A stretch of DNA of 55,110 bases, taken from assembly GCA_937862825.1 (NCBI GenBank), contig CALMEF010000163.1:1-55110 (forward strand). The letters run 5' to 3'. Positions 42,881-52,617 of this stretch are shown one piece after another. The stretch's first letter is position 1; each line of letters starts with the position of its first letter. The notes under the pieces are model-generated. The model was not told the origin of the DNA, did not search any database, and was given only the letters and a program-made list of their open reading frames with translations. The translations under genes were made by a program, and so were the position numbers. Source of the stretch: an uncultured Armatimonadetes bacterium. Its GTDB lineage: Bacteria > Armatimonadota > Fimbriimonadia > Fimbriimonadales > Fimbriimonadaceae.

Positions 42881-44179
42881 ATGACGAAATCAGTCGCTTT
42901 GCGTCGCTTGACCGCTATCGCTCTCGCACTTGTTGCCACGACGGCAATGGGGCAGGAAGGCCTTCCGCTGGAAGAGGCCCTGCGCCTTGCAAAGGAGCGT
43001 AACGGGACGGTTCGAGCCGCTTATGCGAATATGGACGCAGCCCGATCCCGAACTCGTCAATCCTTCGGCGCGTTTATGCCAAGCATAACGCCCTCGTATC
43101 GCTACTTTGACCAACGCCAGGAGCAAAGCAGTGGAGGGGTAAGCGCATTCAGTTCGAAAGGAAGCCGAACGGAAATCGAAGCAAGTTGGCGATTGCTCGA
43201 CTCGGGCGAACGCTTTTACGCCTATGAGGGTAGCCGCAAAGGTTACGACGCGCAGATGTGGTCAACCCTTCAGACGCTCCGAACGACACTATTTTCGGTG
43301 CACCAACAGTATTACGACGCCCTAAGGGCGCAGGAACTTCAAAAGGTTGCCGCTGCCCAAGTTCAGCGCGCAGAGAAGGTGGTTGATCAAGCCAAGGTGC
43401 AGGCCGAGGTTGGCGCCGCGCCAAAGAAGGACATTCTTCAGGCCGAGGCCGATTTTCTGAACGCCAAGGTTAACTTGCTCGCTGCCCAAAACCGGGTGAC
43501 GACATCGCAATCCTCCCTCCGTGCGACGATTGGTTGGGAGCACGGTTCGGCGTTTCCCGCCCTCAGCACTGCTCCGACACCGTCTTCAACAACGGAGGTG
43601 CCCGATCTAAACGAGGTTATTGCCAAAGCAATGACTCAACGGGCCGACTTGCTTGCGCAGAGGGCGACCATCGCTTCACGCGAGTTCGACGTGAGAACCG
43701 CCGAGCGACGCGCTGGATTCCAATGGTCTGTTGATGCCAACTACACCAAGGGCTGGTCACCGGGCAACTATAGCAACCGCTCCCTTAACTTCTTGGTTTC
43801 AATACCGCTCTTCGATGGTGCTCAGTCGCGTGAAGGTGTGAACCAAGCGAAGCTGAGTGTAACGGCGTCTCGATTGAACTTGGTCCAAGCGGAGCGAGAG
43901 GCCAAGGCGGAGGTGGAGACAGAGTTTCTCAACTTGTGGGCCAATAAGAGTCGTCTTGAGGCTGCTCGCCTGGCGCTTGAGGCCGCGAGGCTAAACTACA
44001 AGGCTGCCGAGGAATCTTTCGCCGCAGGAGCAGAAGGGACCTCAGTTGTCGTAGTACTAACAGCGCAAGTCAGTCTTGTCACCGCCGAGTCGAACTTCAT
44101 CGAGGCTCAGTTTGATGCCCTGATATCGGAAGTTCGACTTCGTTTAGTTACGGGCGAGTCTTTGCCTGGCGAAGCGTAA
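42881..44179 (+). CDS. TolC-family outer membrane efflux protein
   Basis: Signal peptide, then two repeats of the OEP pattern (L.L.EAL..A...N......A...A........PSI...........; A....Y..A......G). Confidence 0.85.
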   Translation: MTKSVALRRLTAIALALVATTAMGQEGLPLEEALRLAKERNGTVRAAYANMDAARSRTRQSFGAFMPSITPSYRYFDQRQEQSSGGVSAFSSKGSRTEIEASWRLLDSGERFYAYEGSRKGYDAQMWSTLQTLRTTLFSVHQQYYDALRAQELQKVAAAQVQRAEKVVDQAKVQAEVGAAPKKDILQAEADFLNAKVNLLAAQNRVTTSQSSLRATIGWEHGSAFPALSTAPTPSSTTEVPDLNEVIAKAMTQRADLLAQRATIASREFDVRTAERRAGFQWSVDANYTKGWSPGNYSNRSLNFLVSIPLFDGAQSREGVNQAKLSVTASRLNLVQAEREAKAEVETEFLNLWANKSRLEAARLALEAARLNYKAAEESFAAGAEGTSVVVVLTAQVSLVTAESNFIEAQFDALISEVRLRLVTGESLPGEA

Positions 44180-44198
44180 GAGAGAGAAACACGAATAT

Positions 44199-45938
44199 AT
44201 GAAAGGTTGGGTCATTGGGATCGTTGCTTTGGTTGTCGCAGGTGGTTGGTTCATAGCGAATCGGGGCAAGAAAACTGAGCCCGACATCGAATATCGCTAT
44301 GCCAAGGTTGAGAAAGACGAACTGGTTCGATCAATCTCGGCAACGGGTACGTTGGTGGCCCTTACATCGGTAGACGTCAAGTCAAAAGCGGGTGGCCGCG
44401 TTGTACGCCTATTGGTTGAAGAAGGAACCAGAGTAAAGCAGGGTGAGACGATTGCGATCATCGATCCAGCCGATACCGAGGCCACGTACCAGCAGGCTGA
44501 AGCCGACCTTTCTAGTGCGCAGGCGCGCGCAAACCAGGCTCGGGTGAACTATGAACTGGCCGTTGCGGCGAACAAGACGACTATTGCCGACGCAGAGGCA
44601 AGTCTTTCAGCGGCGCAGACGAGATTGGGTCGAATTCGGCTGGAGGCAGGACGCCAACCCACCCTCACGCGAAGCAGTATGCAGAATGCAGAGGCTGCCC
44701 TGGAATCGGCACGCCAAAATCTCGCTCGGGTTCGAAACGTTGACAACCCTCAGCGGCGTCGAGAGTCGCAGGGTGCGCTTGCGAGCGCCGAGACCGCCCT
44801 TCGTGTGGCCGAGGCTGACCTCTCGCGTCAACAAGATCTTTTTTCAAAGGGTTATGTGAGCCAATCAACGGTAGATCGTGCAAAGCAAACCCTTGAAAGC
44901 GCGAAGACAGCTTTTGAGACGGCAAGGCAACGCCAATCCACGTTGGAACAAGACCTTGCGGTGACGCTTCGATCAGCGGAACTCCAGGTGCAACAAGCCG
45001 AGGCCGCCTACTCGCAAGCCAAAGCCAACACGTCGCAAGACCAGATTGCCCAGAAGAACCTTGCCGAAGCAGAGAACGCAGTTAAGCAAGCACAAATTGC
45101 GCTTCAGAGGGCACGCGATGAAGCGCGAAACCTCGAAGTTCGAAAGAGCGATATCACCGCAGCACAGGCAAGCACCGTTCGAAGTCGAGTGGCCCTAGGC
45201 AACGCGAAAGTTCAATTGGACAGCACCACGGTAATTGCCCCGCGTGACGGCGTCGTTACCCTCAAATATCTTGAGGAAGGGACGATCATCCCGCCAGGTA
45301 CTTCAACATTCGCGCAAGGGACGAGTTTGGTTCAATTGAGCGATATCAGCAAGATGTATGTGGAGTGCGCTGTTGACGAAGCCGACATTGGTTCTGTAGC
45401 AGTCGGACAGAAGGTTCGCATCGTAACTGAGGCCTATCCAGGGGAGCGGTTTGACGGCAAGGTGGTTAGAGTCAACCCTGCAGCAGTTACCGAGTCAAAC
45501 ATTACTGCTGTCAAAGTGCGAGTTGAGATATTGCCGACCAAGGTTCGAATTTTGCCTGGTATGACGGCGACGTGCGAGTTCATCACACTCAACAAGCCTG
45601 ATGTCATTTTGATTCCTGGTCAAGCCATTGAAAATGTTGATGGAAAGTCGTTCGTCAAAGTTAAGGGTAAGGACCTTCTTAAGCCAGAGCGCCGAGAAGT
45701 CAAGTTGGGAGAATCTGGCAATAACGGGGTCGAGGTTTTGAGTGGGTTGGCGGTCGGGGAAGAGATCGTCACCGCGGAGATTGACCTTGCAGCGATGAGA
45801 GAAACCCAGGCGAAGATGCTTGAAGCACAACAGGGTGGCGGCTTGGCAGGCGGCCCGATGGGAGGACAGCGTAGGCCAGCCGGTGGAACTGCTGGAGGCG
45901 CACGGGCTTCTGGCGGCGGTGGTGGAGGAGGGCGATGA
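44199..45938 (+). CDS. Efflux membrane-fusion (HlyD/MacA-type) periplasmic adaptor with a very long coiled coil and a Gly-rich tail
   Basis: N-terminal TM, then the lipoyl half SISATGTLVALTSVDVKSKAGGRVVRLLVEEGTRVKQGETIAIID. A coiled coil of about 230 aa follows, then STTVIAPRDGVV, beta-barrel and MP domains, and the tail GGGLAGGPMGGQRRPAGGTAGGARASGGGGGGGR. Confidence 0.85.
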   Translation: MKGWVIGIVALVVAGGWFIANRGKKTEPDIEYRYAKVEKDELVRSISATGTLVALTSVDVKSKAGGRVVRLLVEEGTRVKQGETIAIIDPADTEATYQQAEADLSSAQARANQARVNYELAVAANKTTIADAEASLSAAQTRLGRIRLEAGRQPTLTRSSMQNAEAALESARQNLARVRNVDNPQRRRESQGALASAETALRVAEADLSRQQDLFSKGYVSQSTVDRAKQTLESAKTAFETARQRQSTLEQDLAVTLRSAELQVQQAEAAYSQAKANTSQDQIAQKNLAEAENAVKQAQIALQRARDEARNLEVRKSDITAAQASTVRSRVALGNAKVQLDSTTVIAPRDGVVTLKYLEEGTIIPPGTSTFAQGTSLVQLSDISKMYVECAVDEADIGSVAVGQKVRIVTEAYPGERFDGKVVRVNPAAVTESNITAVKVRVEILPTKVRILPGMTATCEFITLNKPDVILIPGQAIENVDGKSFVKVKGKDLLKPERREVKLGESGNNGVEVLSGLAVGEEIVTAEIDLAAMRETQAKMLEAQQGGGLAGGPMGGQRRPAGGTAGGARASGGGGGGGR

Positions 45939-47143
45939 AGTTCTCCGACAGCATTATTTCTGCGCTGAGGGCTATCACTGCCAACAAACTTCGATCATTC
46001 CTAACTATGTTGGGCGTGGTGATTGGTGTTGGTTCGGTGATCGCCATGATTGGTATTGGCGAGGGCACGAAGAAGAAGTCGCTCGAGAATCTGCAGGCGA
46101 TGGGCACCAACATGCTCACGATCATGCCCAACTGGCGACGGGGCGGGATGAGCGTTTCCGGTGACGTTGCGACTCTGAAAGAGGAGGACGTGGCTGCAAT
46201 CAAGGCGCGCGTGCCTCTGATTGATCAAATCACCGGGGTCGTGCGTTCAAATGCTCCAGTAAAGTATCGCAACCGATCCAAGTCAACTCAGATTCTTGGT
46301 GTTGAACCACAGGCTGCAATTATTCGAAACGCAGAGAAAACCTTCCAAGGTGCCTGGTTCACGGATCGAGACAACGAGATGGCCGAGCGAAAAGTCGTTC
46401 TCGGCTACCAAGTTTTCGACGAGTTGTTCGGTGGAGAGAATGCGGTGGGAGCCACCGTACGCATCAAGAACGAGAACTTTGAAGTCGTAGGAGTCATTCC
46501 CTACAAGGGTGGGGGCGGAATGATGAGCCCCGACGATCAGGTCTACATCCCCCTCAAGACCGCGAAGACCAGGCTTTTCGGGAAGACCAACCTAGACATG
46601 ATTTATGCCAAAGGCTCGAATGCTGAACTGATGTCGATCACTCAGACTCAGGTTGAAGAGGTCCTTGCCGGGAAGCGCCGCAACGCTGCGGGCGAAGAAC
46701 TGTTCCGCGTAATGAATCAGGGTGAGTGGATACAGCAGATGGAGGATCAAACTCGCTTGCTCAGCCTGCTGCTTGCGGGAATTGCCTCGGTTTCGCTGTT
46801 GGTTGGCGGGATTGGCATCATGAACATCATGTTGGTCTCAGTGACTGAACGCACCCGTGAAATCGGATTGCGTAAGGCAATCGGCGCACAGAGAAACTCA
46901 ATTCTTTCACAGTTTCTCCTCGAGTCCGTCGTCATGTGCGTGACCGGTGGCATCATCGGGATACTCATTGGCTACACCGGGGTGGCTTTCGTCGCCAAGT
47001 TGCTCAAAGTTCCGCCTATGGTCAACCCGCAAGCCATCATGCTGGCTTTTGGCTTTTCGGCACTGGTTGGGTTGTTCTTCGGGCTCTATCCCGCACTGCG
47101 GGCGAGCAGCCTCCAGCCTATTGAAGCACTCAGACACGAATGA
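45935..47143 (+). CDS. MacB/FtsX-type ABC transporter permease (no fused ATPase)
   Basis: 402 aa. It has MacB_PCD after TM1 (LRSFLTMLGVVIGVGSVIAM), and a C-terminal FtsX domain with GGIGIMNIMLVSVTERTREIGLRKAIGA. Confidence 0.88.
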   Translation: MKFSDSIISALRAITANKLRSFLTMLGVVIGVGSVIAMIGIGEGTKKKSLENLQAMGTNMLTIMPNWRRGGMSVSGDVATLKEEDVAAIKARVPLIDQITGVVRSNAPVKYRNRSKSTQILGVEPQAAIIRNAEKTFQGAWFTDRDNEMAERKVVLGYQVFDELFGGENAVGATVRIKNENFEVVGVIPYKGGGGMMSPDDQVYIPLKTAKTRLFGKTNLDMIYAKGSNAELMSITQTQVEEVLAGKRRNAAGEELFRVMNQGEWIQQMEDQTRLLSLLLAGIASVSLLVGGIGIMNIMLVSVTERTREIGLRKAIGAQRNSILSQFLLESVVMCVTGGIIGILIGYTGVAFVAKLLKVPPMVNPQAIMLAFGFSALVGLFFGLYPALRASSLQPIEALRHE

Positions 47144-47727
47144 GCACCGTTCTCGTTATCGACAACTACGACTCCTTCACCTACAACCTGGTGCAATACC
47201 TCGGTCAATGTGGCGCAAGCGTTGAAGTTCGCCGAAACGATGCCATTTCACTACAAGAGATTCGGTCCATGTCGCCAGATGGAATCATGCTCTCTCCTGG
47301 CCCTTGCGACCCGAACCGCAGTGGCATTTGCTTGAACATTCTCGAATGGGCTCTCAACTCAAATGAAGCCTTCCCGCCGCTATTTGGAGTCTGCCTCGGC
47401 CATCAAGCAATAGGCCAGGTCGCAGGCGGCGTCGTGAGGCAAGCGAAGCGCATCATGCATGGGAAGACGTCCATGGTTAGCCACGACGGAAAGGGGCTCT
47501 TTGCCAACATGCCCAATCCATTTCGTGCGGTTCGCTACCACTCCTTGGTCGTTGAAACGGACACAGTGCCGAATGGCTTTATTGCGACGGCATGGTCAGA
47601 CGACGACCACGAAATCATGGGGCTTCGCCATGAAATCAAGTCTATTGAGGGTGTTCAGTTTCATCCCGAGTCCGTTCTCACTGAAAACGGAATGACCATT
47701 GTCAAAAACTTCGTGGATCGACTTTAG
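47140..47727 (+). CDS. trpG: Glutamine amidotransferase component II of anthranilate/aminodeoxychorismate synthase
   Basis: VLVIDNYDSFTYNLVQYL, GVCLGHQAI (catalytic Cys), and GVQFHPES. It has a 4-nt overlap with the preceding permease gene. Confidence 0.9.
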   Translation: MSTVLVIDNYDSFTYNLVQYLGQCGASVEVRRNDAISLQEIRSMSPDGIMLSPGPCDPNRSGICLNILEWALNSNEAFPPLFGVCLGHQAIGQVAGGVVRQAKRIMHGKTSMVSHDGKGLFANMPNPFRAVRYHSLVVETDTVPNGFIATAWSDDDHEIMGLRHEIKSIEGVQFHPESVLTENGMTIVKNFVDRL

Positions 47728-48320
47728 TTGCCCATGCTCATCTTGACCATGATGTCGTAGGCGAGTGGGTGCAAAAAGATTTCCCGACAGAAGATTCGAA
47801 CCTTGTTGTCATCATCCATCTCTTCCGGTTTCAGGGCTGGATTAAAGGCACGGACGTTGAGCGAGTTGGCAGCCGTCTTGAACTGCCCAGTGTTGAGCGT
47901 CTCCTTGACAACCTTCAGGACGTTTTGAGCATTTTCTTCTGCGATGAGGTCTCGTCGGGTTCGCATGGCCGCAAAGATTCCCCCGACTTCCTTCAGGAGG
48001 CTCGGGTCTGGCACGGACCCCTTGTCATACCCATCCTTGATTGCAGCATCCAACTTTGCCTCGACTTTGCGTAAGTCCTCAAACTCGACCTTCTCAATAT
48101 CTCGAACCTTCTGCCGGGCCTTCTCAACGGCAGGCAGAATCTTACGAACCTGCTCCTTGGTCATGAGGAGCGGCATGAGGTGGTTCATCAGGTTGACCTG
48201 ATCTACCTTGATGATGATCGCATCGCTCTTTGCCCCTCGGTCTTTGTCCAGGGCTCCGGTTTGAGCGAAAGCACTGGTGATGGACAACGCGGCAAGCGAG
48301 AGTAAGGCAAGTGTTCTCAT
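47724..48320 (-). CDS. Hypothetical secreted helical protein
   Basis: Start at ATG 48320 gives the signal peptide MRTLALLSLAALSITSAFAQ. The ATG overlaps the upstream gene's stop (ATGA). Confidence 0.5.
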   Translation of the reverse strand: MRTLALLSLAALSITSAFAQTGALDKDRGAKSDAIIIKVDQVNLMNHLMPLLMTKEQVRKILPAVEKARQKVRDIEKVEFEDLRKVEAKLDAAIKDGYDKGSVPDPSLLKEVGGIFAAMRTRRDLIAEENAQNVLKVVKETLNTGQFKTAANSLNVRAFNPALKPEEMDDDNKVRIFCREIFLHPLAYDIMVKMSMGN

Positions 48321-48685
48321 GAGTCTTCCTGAATGATGGACGTAGAAGGAGGCGAATCCGTTACCTGGCCAAAGACGAGTTGAGCAATGATGGCGGCTCC
48401 AAGGCCCTGTAAGGCGACAAACGCTGCGCCGAGCGCCGTAATCAACACCCATGCCCAAACCTCCATGTGAGTTGGATGTAGGCCGCTTGAGGCGGCAAAC
48501 AAACCGCCGAAGAGGACGGCTGGACCGGTGAGCATCGCTACGGCGCCGAGAATGATCAACTTTGGCCGCGTAACGGCCCTTAACTTGGCTCGCATCGGCT
48601 CAACCCACCGACGGAACAAAAGCGCAACTCCAAGCCAAACGACCAACGAGCCAATGGCCTGCGCCCAAAACATCAACAAGAACAT
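48317..48685 (-). CDS. Hypothetical small polytopic membrane protein
   Basis: ATG 48685 is preceded by AAAGGAGGAAGG. It is 122 aa with four hydrophobic segments. Confidence 0.5.
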   Translation of the reverse strand: MFLLMFWAQAIGSLVVWLGVALLFRRWVEPMRAKLRAVTRPKLIILGAVAMLTGPAVLFGGLFAASSGLHPTHMEVWAWVLITALGAAFVALQGLGAAIIAQLVFGQVTDSPPSTSIIQEDS

Positions 48686-48707
48686 ACCCTTCCTCCTTTG
48701 GGAAAGA

Positions 48708-48736
48708 TTTTTGTCAACCCATGATTTGCAATCTCT
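48708..48736 (+). promoter_or_regulatory. Copy 3 of the recurrent motif TTTTTGTCAACC..., upstream of tRNA-Ala
   Basis: The plus strand reads GATTTTTGTCAACCCATGATTTGCAATCT. It ends about 35 nt before the tRNA 5' end. There is no terminator context here, so the T-run is not just a terminator tail. Confidence 0.35.
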
Positions 48737-48770
48737 CCCCAATTTGAGGTTAACTTTTGGAACCAGACGT

Positions 48771-48846
<76 letters not shown>

Positions 48847-48874
48847 CGAACTCAACGAAAGCGGCTGGCTTAGG

Positions 48875-49966
48875 CTAGGAGTCGCCGCTCTTTCGTTCCC
48901 TCGCTCTAAGTCTCCATAAAACCGTGCCGAGAACCGCAATGCCTGTTGTCACCAGGGCGACAGTGGCGATAACCGAAAGTCGGTTGTACTTCTCGATGGA
49001 CGGGTCAGGAATGATGTTAAGAACAGGGACCGGAGGCTCTTGCCATTGTCTCCAAAACTCCGGGTTGGTATCTGGATGTTCGCCTCGATCAAATCGCTCG
49101 GCCATGTACGCCATTCGTGCTTGATGGACGGCATCCCCGTCATCGCGCAACTTCTTATAGGCATTTGCAACGTCAGTATCGAGATCCCACGTCAGTGCCT
49201 CCTTCTCAATCGTTTGGGAAACGAGTTTAGATTGCCCAGCTATCAACTCCTTGGCCCGCGAAAGCGCCAGGCCGTCAAGCAGCGAGTTCTCCGCTCCAAA
49301 ATAGTGGCCGGCCATCAATAGGTAGGCATCTGGTAACTCATAGGCCAGCCCCATCATGACGATGCCTGCCAGGCCAACCACCTGTGAGATTCCGTCTTTG
49401 ACCACTATGGGCCGTCCGTCGAACCAGTGCCGTTCGAGATCAAGTTGAACTTTCTCACGTCCAAAGTGGGAATTCGGATTGATCCTCAGCGCCTCCTCAA
49501 TCTCCGAAATGCTTTGCTCAAGGACCTTCTTATTCGTACGGTCCTTCTGCACGAGCCATTTGTGGACAAGGAATGTGCCGTAGTTGGCATGGAAGCGGTA
49601 CGCGTCGTCCTTCGTTTTGCGATGGGGTTTGCTCTTCAACAGAATGGAGATCGCCTCATCAGTTTTTCCTAACCGCTCGTAGGCAACAGCAAGGTCGTCA
49701 TATTCAAGCGCCGTCAAGGCTGGTTTTGCTCGTAGCCGCGCGATGCGCATTTCGTAATATTGGGGTGGATATCGTTCAAACCGTCCGCCTATCGCCTTGA
49801 GCGCGATTTCCTGGGCAGCAGCAGCCTTCTTTTGGCTATCAGTTTCTTGCTGAACTCGCCGTAAGGCATCCACGTTACGGAGCTCAAAGGCGAGGGTGTC
49901 GCTATCGTTGATGCATGCGTTCGCAATAGACGCAACGAATACGGAGGCGAGGAGAGCCCGCTTCAT
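48875..49966 (-). CDS. Hypothetical secreted helical (TPR-like) protein with a C-terminal membrane anchor
   Basis: 363 aa. The signal peptide is MKRALLASVFVASIANA, followed by CINDSDT. The body is helical-repeat-like, and the C-terminal TM is LSVIATVALVTTGIAVLGTVLW followed by basic residues. Confidence 0.55.
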   Translation of the reverse strand: MKRALLASVFVASIANACINDSDTLAFELRNVDALRRVQQETDSQKKAAAAQEIALKAIGGRFERYPPQYYEMRIARLRAKPALTALEYDDLAVAYERLGKTDEAISILLKSKPHRKTKDDAYRFHANYGTFLVHKWLVQKDRTNKKVLEQSISEIEEALRINPNSHFGREKVQLDLERHWFDGRPIVVKDGISQVVGLAGIVMMGLAYELPDAYLLMAGHYFGAENSLLDGLALSRAKELIAGQSKLVSQTIEKEALTWDLDTDVANAYKKLRDDGDAVHQARMAYMAERFDRGEHPDTNPEFWRQWQEPPVPVLNIIPDPSIEKYNRLSVIATVALVTTGIAVLGTVLWRLRARERKSGDS

Positions 49967-50094
49967 AACCAGTCAGACGTTGCGCCTTGGGCGGATCGTT
50001 GCTCCGCACCTTGGTTGTCGGTTGTTTGCAGGGGGGGTGGATTGGCAACCTAGGTTCATGGAACGAGAATCTGATCGTGTATGATGAATCCTCA

Positions 50095-51333
50095 ATGGAG
50101 GATCCTGGCCTGATTGATGCGTTGCAGCTTGCCGTTGAAGCATCGCCAGAAGTGCTTCCACTCCGCGTGCATTTATGTGAGATCTTGTCAAAGGCCGGCC
50201 GCCATGATGAAGCCCTGATTCAAGTTAACGAGATCCTGCGACGGAAACCTGACTCGATTGCGGCGCTGCAGATTGGGGCGACGAGTGCGATGGAAGCGGG
50301 TCAAAGGGACCTTGCGGAGTCGTACCAGCGAATGTCCGCTGCTCTAGGGCGCGATGCATCCATTGTCGAGGATGGACCTCCCGTAAGCGGATTCCCCGAC
50401 GAGCCTTCAGAGCGTTTGAAACTCGGCCACTTGAGTGTTGGCGGAGGATCGGTACCCACCGAGACTGAGCGCCCAGTCACCACGCTAAAGGACGTAGCCG
50501 GACTGGCCGATGTCAAGAAGCGCATCGAACTTGCGTTCCTTGGCCCTCTGCGTAATCCAGAAGTGCGCAAGGCTTACGGCAAATCGCTTCGCGGTGGAAT
50601 GCTCCTCTACGGTCCCCCTGGATGCGGCAAGACGTTCCTTGCCAGGGCGATTGCAGGCGAGATGGGCATGCAGTTCATCTCAGTTGGGCTCGAAGACGTC
50701 CTCGACATGTACGTGGGCGAGAGTGAGAAGCAACTCCACGAGATTTTTGAGAATGCTCGGCGCATACGCCCCTGTGTCATCTTCCTCGACGAGGTCGATG
50801 CCATCGGTCGGAAGAGGAGCCTCCAACGACACTCCTCAACAAGCACGGTCGTTAACCAACTCCTGTCGGAGCTGGATGGAATCAAGCAGGCTAATGACGG
50901 CATCTTTATGATCGCGGCCACGAATCATCCTTGGGACGTGGACTCCGCGCTTCGCCGACCAGGGCGGTTCGATCGCACCCTGTTCGTGCCTCCGCCCGAC
51001 GAGGAGGCTCGCAAGGGAATCACGGAGGATCATCTCCAGGGTCGTCCCGCAGAGAAGATCGATACGGCAAAGATGGCTCGAATGACCGAGGGCTTCTCGG
51101 GCGCGGACATGGCCCACCTGGTCGAATCTGCCGCCGAACTGGCAATGGCGGACGCGGTCCAATCTGGCCAACTGATTCCAATCCGAATGTCGCATTTCGA
51201 GCAGGCGCTCAAAGACATCAGGCCATCGACCCGGGTCTGGTTGGATACAGCTAAGAACTATGCGCTTTTCGCCAACGACGGCGGGGCTTATGATGACCTT
51301 GCCGCATACCTGCGCGGACGGAAGATGCTGTGA
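50095..51333 (+). CDS. Classical-clade AAA+ ATPase with an N-terminal TPR-like domain
   Basis: Walker A is LLYGPPGCGKTFLA, Walker B is VIFLDEVDAIG, and the second region of homology is ATNHPWDVDSALRRPGRFDR. The N-terminal 110 aa or so are helical-repeat. I prefer ATG 50095 over the track start 49987. Confidence 0.85.
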   Translation: MEDPGLIDALQLAVEASPEVLPLRVHLCEILSKAGRHDEALIQVNEILRRKPDSIAALQIGATSAMEAGQRDLAESYQRMSAALGRDASIVEDGPPVSGFPDEPSERLKLGHLSVGGGSVPTETERPVTTLKDVAGLADVKKRIELAFLGPLRNPEVRKAYGKSLRGGMLLYGPPGCGKTFLARAIAGEMGMQFISVGLEDVLDMYVGESEKQLHEIFENARRIRPCVIFLDEVDAIGRKRSLQRHSSTSTVVNQLLSELDGIKQANDGIFMIAATNHPWDVDSALRRPGRFDRTLFVPPPDEEARKGITEDHLQGRPAEKIDTAKMARMTEGFSGADMAHLVESAAELAMADAVQSGQLIPIRMSHFEQALKDIRPSTRVWLDTAKNYALFANDGGAYDDLAAYLRGRKML

Positions 51334-52496
51334 GCTTTGATTCTCACGTTCGCAAGGCGCAGCATCTGCTGGAATTGGACCGCCCCTCGGAAGCGGCCAC
51401 AGAGTTTAGCCGAGCCTTAGCAACAGACCCCCATGACGTCGTCGCGTTATCTGGTCTCGCAATCTGCGAACACGAGCTGGGCAACACCAAATCTGCCTAT
51501 GAACGGATCAAACAAGCCATGGGCGAGGATCCGGACGATCCCTATCCAAAATACGTGTATGCACGGATGCTCATTGAAGACGAAAAGGACCGTGAGGCCA
51601 TCGAAGTTGCACGAGAACTTGTCGAGATAGATCCAGAGGATGCGGATTATTGGGCAATACTCTCACAAGCTCTGGTAGGAACGAGCGAATGGTCACAGGC
51701 GCTGAAGGCGGCTGAAAACGGATTGACTCTTGATCCTTCGCATGCCCACAGCTTGCACCTTCGCGCTCATTGTCTTAGCGTTCTTGGCCAGCGAGGGGCA
51801 GCCGAAGATGCGAGTCTCGAAGTTCTGGCTCAGGACGCCGAATCAAGTTACGCGCATTCGACGCGGGGCTGGTCGCAAATGCGAGCGGGGAACGTTCGCG
51901 ACGCATCCCGGTCATTCGCCGAAGCTCTAAGACTTGATGCTGAGAATGACTCTGCCCGGACGGGACTGAAGGAGGCATTTCGCGGTCTCTTTCCTCCGTA
52001 CCGATGGCTTCAGGCGTTTGGCTATTTCCAAGAGCGAATCGGGAAGTACAGTTGGGTCCTCATCATCGGCCTGATTGCCCTGAACCGATCTCTCAGAGCG
52101 TTCGTTCGATCTGATCCTCCCCCTCTTCTAAAGGGTGCTGCAATCGGAGTTGGTGTACTGCTCATCTTCGTCATGTGGGGATGGCCAATTCTCAATCCGA
52201 TCATGAACGTTGTTTTGAGGCTACATCCGGTCGGACGGCACATTTTGACCAGACCCGAGCGAATCCAGGTCCGCTACGTCTCGGGCCTCATTGGCCTTGG
52301 AGTCGGGACGGCGATCGTTTCGCTTATTACGGGTCGAGGATGGCTCGCTGGAATTCTTTGCATTGTCGGTATTGCGGCATTGGGACTTACTGGAATGGTG
52401 ACGAGTAGCGACCGCTTGCGAAACGGCATCGCCCATGTTGTAGGCGGTGTTTTTCTTGTGCTGAGCATCATTGCGTTTGTGTCGGCAGCGGTATAG
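51330..52496 (+). CDS. TPR-repeat protein with a C-terminal polytopic membrane domain
   Basis: 388 aa. The GTG start overlaps the AAA gene stop (GTGA). About 6 TPR-like repeats are followed by 4-5 hydrophobic helices (SWVLIIGLIAL.., GAAIGVGVLLIFVMWGW.., GLIGLGVGTAIVSLI.., GILCIVGIAALGL.., VVGGVFLVLSIIAFV). Confidence 0.7.
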   Translation: MSFDSHVRKAQHLLELDRPSEAATEFSRALATDPHDVVALSGLAICEHELGNTKSAYERIKQAMGEDPDDPYPKYVYARMLIEDEKDREAIEVARELVEIDPEDADYWAILSQALVGTSEWSQALKAAENGLTLDPSHAHSLHLRAHCLSVLGQRGAAEDASLEVLAQDAESSYAHSTRGWSQMRAGNVRDASRSFAEALRLDAENDSARTGLKEAFRGLFPPYRWLQAFGYFQERIGKYSWVLIIGLIALNRSLRAFVRSDPPPLLKGAAIGVGVLLIFVMWGWPILNPIMNVVLRLHPVGRHILTRPERIQVRYVSGLIGLGVGTAIVSLITGRGWLAGILCIVGIAALGLTGMVTSSDRLRNGIAHVVGGVFLVLSIIAFVSAAV

Positions 52497-52617
52497 GCAG
52501 TACCGTTAATCCGTCGCAAGTTCATCAAGCCTCCGAGCCCGAAGGAATGTGCAGGGTTGCCCGAGTGGCTCCCCCAATTGGCCGAGTTTCTCGCCAGGCC
52601 GGGATTCTGCTCGGAAA

